Program-made: the position numbers and the translations under genes
Part shown: piece by piece, positions 31,510 through 41,022 of the stretch
Layout of the letters: every line of letters begins with the position of its first letter
Position numbering within the stretch: the stretch's first letter is position 1
From: Sphingobacteriales bacterium
GTDB taxonomy: Bacteria; Bacteroidota; Bacteroidia; Chitinophagales; UBA2359
Direction of reading: 5' to 3'
Length of the DNA: 64,000 nucleotides
Assembly (NCBI GenBank): GCA_016711285.1
Contig: JADJTG010000014.1
Coordinates: 311,333-375,332 of the forward strand
The notes under the pieces: generated by a model
Databases searched by the model: none
Seen by the model: the letters and a program-made list of their open reading frames with translations, nothing else
What the model was told of the DNA's origin: nothing

Positions 31510-34277
31510 ATGCTATGGGGTATGAAAAGCAAATATTATTGCATCGTTTTACTGCTTTGTTTTACAAGCACGTTGGCTCAGGATTATACGTCTTATCCTT
31601 ATCCGTTCTCAAAAGACAGTAGTATATTAGGTGATTGTTTTGTTAATGTGCAATTAAATAGTATCTCTACTACTCAGTTGTATTCGGCATTTAGTAATAA
31701 AAACATAACCTCCTTTACAATTGGTGATAAAAATATCTTAGCCTCTCAATTAATTCCTGTCTCTATTGTCAGTCCGCAAGCGACTGTTCGCATTAAAACA
31801 AATACGGGAATTATTGAAGATTTGCCATCACAACAAGTTCACCATTATAGAAGTAATAGCAGCGACAAATTGCGCTTTAGCATAGGAGAAAATTGGTTAG
31901 TAGCATCTTGGATAGAAAATGGTGATGAATATTATACAGAATCGGCAAAGCGGTTTGATGACAAATTAGCAGACAATGTATATATTACATATCGCAAACA
32001 AGACGTAATTAAAAATTATACGATCAGTTGTTTATCTCAAGAAACAGAAAAAGCACAGAAAGAAGTTATTGAGCAATTAGCTGCTAATGAAAAAGCCATA
32101 TTGGGTTGTAAAGTAGCAGAAGTGGCTATTGCCTGCGATTCCTTGTACTATCATTATCATAAAGGAGTTCCGGCTTCTACTGCTAATGTTCAAGATTGGG
32201 TGGCTTCTATATATAATCTTGTTGCCAGCGATTTTGACGACGTTTTTAATTATGCCATAGAGTGGCAATTGATAGAGTTTTTTATTGAAACCACCACTGC
32301 CTCTGTATGGTCAAGTACAACAGATATTTCAGGACTACTGACAGGTGGTGCATTTCCATTTGCTGCCAATAGTTTTGCGGGGTGGGCCTCACAAGGGGGT
32401 TTTACGCAGACACATGATATTGGGCAACTTTTGACAGGGCGAAACTTGACCTATAATGGCAACTCCAGTTATACGGGTTTGGCAATTACCAACCCGGGTA
32501 TTTGTAGTACATCGGGCAAATATAATTTGACAGAAGATATTGCGAGTACACTCGGAGCCACCCTGCAAGCAGTGCGCCATAATACCTCTCACGAAAATGG
32601 ACATAATTTTACTGTTACTCACGACGGTGCTAACAGTGGCTATATTATGTCGCCGAGTTTTAATTTGGCAAGCCCCTCCATCAACTGGTCTGCCGCTTCA
32701 ATTACAGCAGTAAATAATAAATTGAACCTGACAACCTGCTTAAATGATTGTGTTTCAGATGCTGATAATGATGGTATAACAGACTATTCCGACAACTGCC
32801 CTTTAATTTCAAACCCTTCGCAAGCCGATAATGATGGCGATGGCATAGGCAATGTGTGCGACAACTGCCCCAACACCGCCAACAACGACCAAGCCAATGC
32901 TGACGGCGACAACCTCGGAAATGTATGCGACAACTGCCCCAATACCGCCAACAACGACCAAGCCAATGCTGACGGTGACAACCTCGGAAATATATGTGAC
33001 AACTGCCCCAACACCGCCAACAACGACCAAGCCAATACTGACGGCGACAACCTCGGAAATGTGTGCGACAACTGCCCCAACATCGCCAACAACGACCAAG
33101 CCAATACTGACGGCGACAACCTCGGAAATATATGTGACAACTGCCCCAACACCGCCAACAACGACCAAGCCAATACTGACGGTGATAACCTCGGAAATGT
33201 ATGCGACAATTGCCCCAACACCGCCAACAACGACCAAGCCAATACTGACGGTGATAACCTCGGAAATGTATGCGACAATTGCCCCAACACCGCCAACAAT
33301 GACCAAGCCAATACTGACGGCGATAACTCGGAAATGTGTGCGACAACTGCCCCAACATCGCCAACAACGACCAAGCAGACTCAGATGGTGACGGCATAGG
33401 CGATGCGTGTGACAACTGCCCCAACACCGCCAACAATGACCAAGCAGACTCAGATGGTGACGGCATAGGCGATGCATGCAGCTCTCAACCGAACAATACT
33501 TACCATGTCAGTATTAGTCCAAAAGTAATTTTGCAAGGAGCTTATGTTGTATCTACCGGACTTATGCGCGATAATATTCGCACCTTAGAATTACTACCAC
33601 TACAACAACCTTATAATATAACTCCGTTCAACTATAATGCCAATCAGATTATTGAAGACACCAGCATTTTAAATATAACAGGCAGCGATGCCATAGTGGA
33701 TTGGATATTAGTAGAATTACGCGATAAAAACACCCCTTCTGTTATTATTGACAAAAAAGCAGTGCTCTTGCAGCGCGATGGTGATATAGTAGAAACTGAT
33801 GGAAATACGCCGATAATATTTAGTGTAATATCTGATGATTATTATGTTGCGGTGAGGCATCGGAATCATTTAGGAGTTATGACAGCTACCGCCATTTCTC
33901 TCAGTAATATTACACAAAATATTGATTTTACCGACCCTGAGACTCTCACCTACGGGCAAGGAGCACAACGACTTTTGTCTAACAATAAAACTGCATTAAG
34001 GGCGGGCAATACCAACGGCGACAAAAAACTTGTACTGGCAGGCAGTAACACCGATGTAAATCCGATTTCTACAAAAGTATTGATTGCCCCCGGCAACACC
34101 TTTTTTTCCAAAACTTATACCGTTACGGGGTATACCAGAGAAGATGTTGATTTAAACGGAAAGGTCGTTTTGGCAGGCTCACAAACGGAAGTAAACCTCA
34201 TCAGTAATAATATCTTAATGAACCCTCTAAATCCCTCATATAGCCCTACCTCTATTATTCAAGAGCAACTTCCATAA
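31510..34277 (+). CDS. Secreted reprolysin-like metalloprotease with 10 TSP3 repeats; frame broken by a 1-nt deletion near 33327
   Basis: Paralog of 28962..31220: signal peptide, [13 protein letters not shown], then [13 protein letters not shown](A/T)DGDNLGN(V/I)C repeats. Repeat 8 reads GATAACTCGGAAAT where the others read GATAACCTCGGAAAT. Track ORF 33336..34277 continues the same protein (2 more repeats plus a ~265-aa C-terminal domain). The start could also be ATG 31522. Confidence 0.8.
32791..33479. repeat. 10 tandem copies of a 69-bp unit (coding TSP3 repeats), one copy 68 bp
   Basis: Copies start at 32791, 32860, 32929, 32998, 33067, 33136, 33205, 33274, 33342 and 33411. The antisense and out-of-frame ORFs reported here are repeat artefacts. 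Confidence 0.95.
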
Positions 34278-34398
34278 TATACAAGCAAACATTTTTTAAT
34301 TATACATCTAAATAACATCAATATAAGCGCGATTAAAAAATTTTACACTTATGTAAGCAAAACATTTTTTTTCAATTATACATTTTAATAACAATTAT

Positions 34399-35061
34399 AT
34401 GAATACAATTAAAAGATTTTTATGCGCTGGAATTTTATTAATGAGTAGCTATTTGAACTTACAAGCGCAAGCTGATTTCTGCCTCTCATTAGAAAATGAA
34501 ACACTCACAGTTAATCTGTTGAGCCAAGCGGATTATATTACGCCTCCCAATAATTTTTGGAACAGCACTGTGTTTACTATCCGTTACCCTACTACAGCTA
34601 CTGTCGCTTGGTCGGGATTCACGGAGTCCACAGCACTTAGTTTGGGCGAAGATCTCTCCACTATTCCGGCAATAGACGGGGGCGATGGTTATTATTACAA
34701 AATGTTTTCTTCGGCTGATGTGGGCGCAGTGCAAAACTTTGCCACCGGCAGCAGTACGGCTTTGTTCAGTATTAATTTTACCAGCGACCAAACTGTTACA
34801 TTTGAGTTGGTAAACTCTAATACTTGGACGATGAATAACAACGGAGATTTGACATTTAATAATGCTGTAAGCAACAACATTGTAAATACGGTGGTTACTA
34901 CTTGCGGAACACAAACTTATACGGTGGCTGCCGCTATTGTGGACAACGATAATGATGGTGTACTCAGCGATACCGACCCTAACGACAACGACCCTTGTGT
35001 ACCCGTAGCGTGTCCTACTCCCTGCCCCTCCCTTTGCTTAAAAATTACGGTTATCAGATAA
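34399..35061 (+). CDS. Hypothetical secreted protein with C-terminal Asp-rich (DNDNDG..SDTDPNDND) Ca-binding-like motif
   Basis: Signal peptide MNTIKRFLCAGILLMSSYLNLQAQ; 220 aa. It follows the two TSP3 proteases on the same strand. Confidence 0.6.
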   Translation: MNTIKRFLCAGILLMSSYLNLQAQADFCLSLENETLTVNLLSQADYITPPNNFWNSTVFTIRYPTTATVAWSGFTESTALSLGEDLSTIPAIDGGDGYYYKMFSSADVGAVQNFATGSSTALFSINFTSDQTVTFELVNSNTWTMNNNGDLTFNNAVSNNIVNTVVTTCGTQTYTVAAAIVDNDNDGVLSDTDPNDNDPCVPVACPTPCPSLCLKITVIR

Positions 35062-35069
35062 GATAAGTA

Positions 35070-35215
35070 ATACCAAATAAATAAATATCTAAATGACACA
35101 GTATATAAAGTCTTCCATTTTGTAATGATGCGGCTGATATTATTGCTAATATCAGCCACTTTGAATGGAATTAAATCTGTAAAACAACTATGCCAAATAG
35201 ATATTTGAATGATAT
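35070..35215. mobile_element. MITE-like intergenic repeat, copy A (146 bp)
   Basis: Collinear with 63356..63486, including ~65 nt that are nearly identical (AGCCACTTTGAATGGAATTAAATCTGTAAAACAACTATGCCAAATAGATATTTGAATGATAT). Its ends are inverted repeats (ATACCAAATAAATAAATATCTA ... TAGATATTTGAATGATAT). It has an internal perfect hairpin GCTGATATTA-TTGC-TAATATCAGC. Confidence 0.5.
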
Positions 35216-35295
35216 AAATTAGTGCTTTTATAAATATTATTAGGCACGATATAATATCTTGCCGCCTCTATTTTAGTGGCGGTAATATTGTATTT

Positions 35296-35336
35296 ACAAG
35301 CGGTTTAACCCTATCAAGGTTAAACCGCTTGTTTTA
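35296..35336. terminator. Strong hairpin between convergent genes (14-bp perfect stem)
   Basis: CAAGCGGTTTAACC-CTATCAAG?-GGTTAAACCGCTTG followed by TTTT on the + strand. It lies between the 3' ends of 34399..35061 (+) and 35416..37197 (-). Confidence 0.55.
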
Positions 35337-35415
35337 AACGCTCGGACTTGTAGGTATATACCTGCAATTTGCTTCCCTGTTAAAACACTACCCTACTATT
35401 TATTTGGTATAATTA

Positions 35416-37197
35416 TCAGGGTTTTAACAGGGATTTTCGCAGTTGAAATTGTGCCTCGCTAAAATTATCGGTTTGTAGGAGAGCGTTGTTTATTTTTACT
35501 TCTATCTCCATGGCTACACCACGCAATTGCTGTGTTTTTCCTTTTCGCAGCACCTCCAACTCCACACTTTGTTCCGCCTGCGGATAACGAAGCAGCTCCA
35601 ATATTTGTTCGTAATTGCGGGCGTTTACAGCTTCGCCATTGACAGAGAGCAGTGCATCAGCTTCTTCCAAATTCAGGGTGTTTTGCCCTACATCGGTACA
35701 ATAAAAATAGCGTTTCCCCTCTGCTATATCAAAATTTCCGAAAGTATGAACGGTGGCTTTGCCGTTTTCTACAAAATTCCAGCCAACTTTTTCCAAAAAA
35801 TTATTGTAAGGCAATGTTGATTTTGATTTGAGAAGCATTTCTGACAGCAATGGCTTTTGTAAAGCTGCCATAGCGGGTTGTTGCGCCAGCGTATCCAAAA
35901 AATATTGCTCCGAAAAATAAACAACACTGTCATTTTTACTTCTTTCATGCCAAAAATCCAAAAGTAAGTGTTGTAAGCCGCGTTTGCCGCCGGAGGTTTC
36001 GCGCAGTGCAATATCCATACAAAAAGCTGCTATTGCTCCTTTAAAATAATAAGGCATTCGCGCCGCCGCATCGCCGCCCGCCGCTTGCTGTTCGCCGTAG
36101 CGCAGTAGCGGCACTTCGGGCATTTCGGTGTAAGTGGTCAATTTATGGCGCAGCATCTGCTCAAATTGCGCATCGCTCAACAGCCCCTGTTGCCACAGTG
36201 CCAACCAACTGAAGTATTCCGTTACTCCTTCGTAGAGCCACCAATGCTGCGAGTGCTGCACAATAGGAACATCGCTGCGGAGGGCATCGCTGCGGAGGCG
36301 GCGCGGAATAAAATTGTGCAAAAACTCGTGTGCAGCTACTTGTTGCAACAACATTTTTTCGGCTTGCCCGCTATGGAGTTCGGGGACTACGATTAGGCTG
36401 TTGTCGGCAAACGACAAAGCTCCGCTGCCGCCTTTGGCTGCCTGCTCTGCGGGTAATTGCACCACCACAAAACGATACGAAGGCACTGCTACCGCCGCAC
36501 CGCCGAATTTTTTGACGGCTTTGAGCGCAGGTTCTATGATGCGTTGCAGGCGTATAGCGGTGAGGGCAGGGTCGTTGCAAAAAGACTGAATTTCAAAATG
36601 TGTGTCGTCAATGCGGAAAGTGGTGCTGTCAAAAGGAGCAAAACAGATGCTTTCCTGAGCAATTTCGTCAAAAGAACCCTGACGGCAGTTGCGCTCCAAT
36701 AAAAAAGATGTTGCCGCCGCCGGTGCTTTAATGTGTAAATTGTATTGCACCAATTGTGGATTATTCTGAAAAAAACCGACAAAAAAATAAGGGTGAGCAA
36801 ATAGCACATTTTCTCTTTCGGTATAAAAAGCTGCCGTCATTGCTGCTTCGCCGCCCGTAATTTCGTAATATACCGAATCCAAAGGTGAGGGCGTATTCGG
36901 AAAAAGCAGCGTATTTCCTTCCAAAAGGCGATATTTTACTTTATTGCCGCGCTTGTCGTAAGCCGCAATATTTTTAATCCAACGGGTAATATCTGTGCCT
37001 TCGGGCAAGGCGAGTGTGTAATAAATATCAGGATAAGCATAAAAGGCGACAGGGTGCAAACTTATACTCAGCGGTGTATTTTTTTTAGGAAAAAGCTGAA
37101 TATCAACACTGCAACTTTGCGCCGTTATATGATGATAGCCGATGAGCCACCCTATAACAGCAATTATCCATATATTGATATATTGAAACACACACAC
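35416..37197 (-). CDS. M61-like zinc metallopeptidase with C-terminal PDZ domain
   Basis: N-terminal signal/anchor, HExxH site AAHEFLHNF, and a PDZ-like C-terminal segment (LLSVNGEAVNARNYEQILELL); 593 aa. Confidence 0.65.
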   Translation of the reverse strand: MCVFQYINIWIIAVIGWLIGYHHITAQSCSVDIQLFPKKNTPLSISLHPVAFYAYPDIYYTLALPEGTDITRWIKNIAAYDKRGNKVKYRLLEGNTLLFPNTPSPLDSVYYEITGGEAAMTAAFYTERENVLFAHPYFFVGFFQNNPQLVQYNLHIKAPAAATSFLLERNCRQGSFDEIAQESICFAPFDSTTFRIDDTHFEIQSFCNDPALTAIRLQRIIEPALKAVKKFGGAAVAVPSYRFVVVQLPAEQAAKGGSGALSFADNSLIVVPELHSGQAEKMLLQQVAAHEFLHNFIPRRLRSDALRSDVPIVQHSQHWWLYEGVTEYFSWLALWQQGLLSDAQFEQMLRHKLTTYTEMPEVPLLRYGEQQAAGGDAAARMPYYFKGAIAAFCMDIALRETSGGKRGLQHLLLDFWHERSKNDSVVYFSEQYFLDTLAQQPAMAALQKPLLSEMLLKSKSTLPYNNFLEKVGWNFVENGKATVHTFGNFDIAEGKRYFYCTDVGQNTLNLEEADALLSVNGEAVNARNYEQILELLRYPQAEQSVELEVLRKGKTQQLRGVAMEIEVKINNALLQTDNFSEAQFQLRKSLLKP

Positions 37198-37230
37198 AAG
37201 CGTAGCGGTAAATATTTTTTGGGTTTTTAT

Positions 37231-38707
37231 TTATTCTTCAAAATTAAAATCTTTTTGCAAATTTATCATACTGTCCAATAAATCTTTGAACTGTACGCCG
37301 CCCTGTACGATATTTTTATTGATTTTTGAAAATTCCGCCATTCCAAATAAGCAAAGTTCCATCAACAAATATTGCTCGTGCAGGCTTGTATCGGGGTGCA
37401 GTTTTTGTACGAATGTTTGCAAACCGCCTATGTTTTTTAATTTTTTTCATAATCGGTGTGGCTGTCGTCCACCATTAATTCTGTGGTATTTCCCTCGCCG
37501 AACCACGCCGCTATGGACGTGTAAGGGTCTTCTTTTTTCGTTTTTTAAATAATTCGGGGTCGGGAAAATAACTGAGGAATGTTTTTTTGAGACTGCTGTT
37601 GATTAAACTTTGCGCCACTAAAAAAGCCCCCTCCTGCTCGCCTTCATACACCAATTCTATTTTTCCGGTAATAGCAGGAACAATTCCCCAAAAATCGCTC
37701 CACCGCGCTTGTGTATGTGTTTCGCTATTGAGCAAAGCTCGCCGCTCGGCGGTACTGTACAAATTTTCCATCGCCGAAATGCTCAACCGCGCCGACACAC
37801 CGCTTTTGGCATCTACATATTCATTGTCGCGGGCTTCAAAAGCAATTTGTTCAATAGCTGTTTTGAGGCGTTCATTTACCGCTACCTGCGCCTCTTGTGC
37901 TATTGTATGTGCTTCTTGTTGGGTAATGCGTGCCGCCACCGCAATAGAAACAGGATAATGGGTAAGAATCTGGCTCTCAATGCGGTCTTTGAGCGGTGTC
38001 ACTATATTGCCGCGATTGGTATAATCTTCGGGATTGGCAGTAAATACAAATTGAATATCCAAAGGCAGACGCACTTTAAAACCTCGAATTTGAATATCTC
38101 CTTCCTGCAAAATATTGAATAAAGACACTTGAATACGCGCTTGTAAATCGGGCAATTCGTTGATAACGAAAATGCTGCGGTTGGAGCGCGGAATAAGTCC
38201 GTAGTGAATAACGCGCTCATCGGCATAAGACAGACGTAAGTTGGCAGCTTTGATGGGGTCAATGTCGCCGATGAGGTCGGCAACGGATACATCGGGTGTG
38301 GCTAATTTTTCGTTGTAGCGTTCGCTGCAGTGCAGCCACTCGATGGGAGTGGCATCGCCTTGTGCTTCGAGCAGTTGGCGGGTGCTGTGTAAAAGAGGCT
38401 GCAAGGGATCTTCGTACAATTCGCTGCCCGCCACATAAGGCACATATTCATCTAATAAATGTACCATCATTCGGGCGATGCGCGTTTTTGCCTGCCCACG
38501 CAAGCCGAGTAATAATATATTGTGCTGCGACAAAATGGCGCGTTCCAAATCAGGAATTACGCTGTGTTCGTAGCCGATGATACCTTCAAAGACGTTTTTT
38601 TTATGTTGAAGGGCGGCGAGCAAATTGGAGCGTAGCTCTTGTTTGATGCTCTTGGCACGATAACCACTCGCTTTGAGCGCACCCAAAGTATTAAAATCAG
38701 GTTTCAT
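37231..38707 (-). CDS. ChlI/BchI-like (magnesium-chelatase family) AAA+ ATPase, reconstructed across two poly-A frameshifts
   Basis: Track ORF 37511..38707 carries Walker A-like LLLGLRGQAKTRIARMM and AAA+ blocks. After ...PELFKKRKK a +1 shift continues DPYTSIAAWFGEGNTTELMVDDSHTDYEK. After the A7 run at ~37441-37447 a further +1 shift joins ORF 37231..37422 (LKNIGGLQTFVQKLHPD...). Together they give ~490 aa. Confidence 0.65.
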
Positions 38708-38953
38708 AAAAGAGGTGATGGATAATGAATATCAACGAACAACATAACAAATAAAAACGAGATAGGTTTGCTGAAACACCTGTTTAAATGATATAATTTT
38801 AATTCAATAATATTTGCAGTATAATCACCTGATTATGAATAAAATATTTAAAACGTTCTGTTTTGTTTTTTTATGTTTCACAATAAACTTAAAGATGAGT
38901 CGTTAGTCAAAACAACATTATTTTATTTTAAAAACATAATATCATTTTTATTT

Positions 38954-39769
38954 ATGAAGAAAGTAATTTTCGCGCTCCTGCTGATGATAAGTACCGTTTT
39001 AATGGCGCAAAACCGACAAGCCCCCGCACACGATATGCGTGCCGATGGCGAAAAGCAAATTCAAACCCTGATTAAACAATTAGGTTTGAACAAAGAACAG
39101 GCACAGCAAATGCGCACGCTGCAACAACAACTTAAAACCGACCGCCAAGCAGCCAAAGAAGGCGACAAAAGCGACCGCCAAGCCCTGAAAGACAAATATG
39201 AAACTGAATTAAAGAAAATATTGACCCCTCAGCAATTTGAAAAATACCAAAGCCTGCGCGAAGAACGCAAAGCTGAAATGAAAGAAAAACGCGAACAGCG
39301 CAAAGAACAACACCAAAGCCCCGAAGCCCGCGAACAGCGCAAAAAAATTCGCGAATATGTACAGAAAAATGTGATGCCCACCGTAAAAACTCAACGCGAA
39401 AAACTCAATCGCAACATATCCAAAAGCGACCAGCAACTCATTGAGCAGCTTCGCCGCCAAGCCGACCAAATGAAACAAAGCCGCCGCCAACTGAAAGATT
39501 TAAAAAATGCCGACGAGCGCAAAGCGGCGATGGAAAAATTGAAAAAACAAAAAGATGATTTGGTGAAAGAAAGTGCGGGGTTGGTGAAAAAATACGATGC
39601 CGATATAGAAAGATTGCGCAAAGAAGTAGAACCTCAAATTCAACAATGGAAAGGCGACTTGAAAAAAATGATGCAAGATGCAGACAAAGAAAAAATGTTT
39701 AAATTTGAACAACTGAAGCATCGTTTTTTGATAATGGATTTTGACGACACAGAAGATATAGATAACTAA
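38954..39769 (+). CDS. Periplasmic Lys/Glu/Gln-rich protein with LTXXQ motif (Spy/CpxP-like), long paralog
   Basis: Signal peptide MKKVIFALLLMISTVLMAQN; LNKEQAQQM and ILTPQQFEKYQ motifs; charged helical repeats. Confidence 0.65.
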   Translation: MKKVIFALLLMISTVLMAQNRQAPAHDMRADGEKQIQTLIKQLGLNKEQAQQMRTLQQQLKTDRQAAKEGDKSDRQALKDKYETELKKILTPQQFEKYQSLREERKAEMKEKREQRKEQHQSPEAREQRKKIREYVQKNVMPTVKTQREKLNRNISKSDQQLIEQLRRQADQMKQSRRQLKDLKNADERKAAMEKLKKQKDDLVKESAGLVKKYDADIERLRKEVEPQIQQWKGDLKKMMQDADKEKMFKFEQLKHRFLIMDFDDTEDIDN

Positions 39770-39872
39770 AAATATGATAGTATCTATTTAGCGCAATAAA
39801 AAACAGCTTACCTTTATTCGCAAAGACATTATTTTATTTGTAAATTTTAAAAAACACAGTATCAATTTTTTT

Positions 39873-40238
39873 ATGAAAAAAGTAATTTTTGTATTCCTGC
39901 TGATGATAAGCAGCAGTTTGATGGCACAAACTCAACAAGCCCCCACACGCGCTATGCGTGCCGATGGCGAAAAACGAATCCAAATGATGATAGAAGAATT
40001 GGGTTTGAGCAAAGAACAGGCACAGCAAGTGCGTACCTTGCAACAACAATTTAAAGACGACCGCCACGCTGCCAAAGAAGGCGACAAAAGCGATCGCCAA
40101 GCCGTAAAAGAAAAATTTGAAGCCGAATTAAAACAAATTCTGACTCCCGAACAATTTAAAAAGTTTGAAGCGATGCGCGAAGAACGCAAAGCCGAAATGA
40201 AAGAAAAACGTCAGGAACACAAAGCACCACGCAAGTAG
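39873..40238 (+). CDS. Periplasmic LTXXQ-motif (Spy/CpxP-like) protein, short paralog
   Basis: MKKVIFVFLLMISSSLMAQTQQAPTRAMRADGEKRIQ...ILTPEQFKKFEAMREERKAEMKEKR is collinear with the first ~120 aa of 38954..39769. Confidence 0.7.
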   Translation: MKKVIFVFLLMISSSLMAQTQQAPTRAMRADGEKRIQMMIEELGLSKEQAQQVRTLQQQFKDDRHAAKEGDKSDRQAVKEKFEAELKQILTPEQFKKFEAMREERKAEMKEKRQEHKAPRK

Positions 40239-40269
40239 TTTTTTGTGCTGTAAAAAAAACACCCTTTTG

Positions 40270-40307
40270 TCCCGCAAGAAAGCAATGCTCTTGCGGGGCA
40301 TTTTTTT
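40270..40307 (+). terminator. Rho-independent terminator (overlaps the 3' end of the convergent gene)
   Basis: CCCGCAAG-N11-CTTGCGGG followed by T7. Confidence 0.65.
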
Positions 40308-40921
40308 ATGATAAAGGCGGCGGCAAAGCAGCCGATAATATTTGATACCGTTGCCAGTCTTCGGGGGTGTCAATGTCGTGAAGCAGAGGCAGCAGGGTAA
40401 CACTTTTTTCGCTCAAATCCCAAAGTTGCCGCCAATACCTCATCGCTGCTCCAGCGTTTGTTGCAAAACAACCCTGCGTTCATCTCCTTGATTCCCAAAA
40501 GATAATAGCCGCCGTCAGCCGCTGCACCGACCACCGCATCGTGTTGTTGCAGTTGTTTAAAAGCAGCAGCAAGTACGGCGGTGTTTAATTCAAAAGTATC
40601 GCTGCCGATGATGACAATTTCCTGAAATCCCGCTTCAAAGCCTTCTCTGAACGCATTTTCCATACGCTGCCCCAAATCTGCCCCGCTTTGGGTATGTTTT
40701 TCATATACAGCATCGTTCCAAAGGTCGTTTTTTTCTATTTTATCCGAATAATACACCCATTTTTTGATGCTTGTTTCTAAAGTGGCGCAGATATTTGCCG
40801 TATGCCGGAGCAAAAACCGATACACTTCCAAAGCTGCCTCCGCACCGATGCCTTGTGCCAAGCGCGTTTTTACTGCTCCCAAGCGCATATTTTTTACAAA
40901 AATTATCAACAGGCGTTTCAT
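40306..40921 (-). CDS. DUF2064/TIGR04282-type nucleotidyltransferase-fold glycosyltransferase, frameshift at the A-run ~40406-40411
   Basis: MKRLLIIFVKNMRLGAVKTRLA... is typical of DUF2064. The track ORF ends at 40370. Removing one A from GAAAAAAG continues ...ERKSVTLLPLLHDIDTPEDWQRYQ..., the conserved LP.l.DID...DW C-terminus, ending at 40306. Confidence 0.65.
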
Positions 40922-41022
40922 AACAGCAAAATTTATTCTTATTCTAAAATAATCATTATTTTTGAAAAATAAATATTGACACTTTTTTAGTATTTAACCT
41001 CAAAAAACATATCTTTCTTAAA

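Noticed and set aside
30029-33477. Long antisense and out-of-frame ORFs across the TSP3 repeat regions (30029..30817, 30397..30750, 32702..33466, 32784..33374, 32809..33477, 32852..33391).
   Set aside because: They are open only because a stop-free 69-bp unit is repeated. Their products are low-complexity, while the sense frame encodes recognisable TSP3 repeats.
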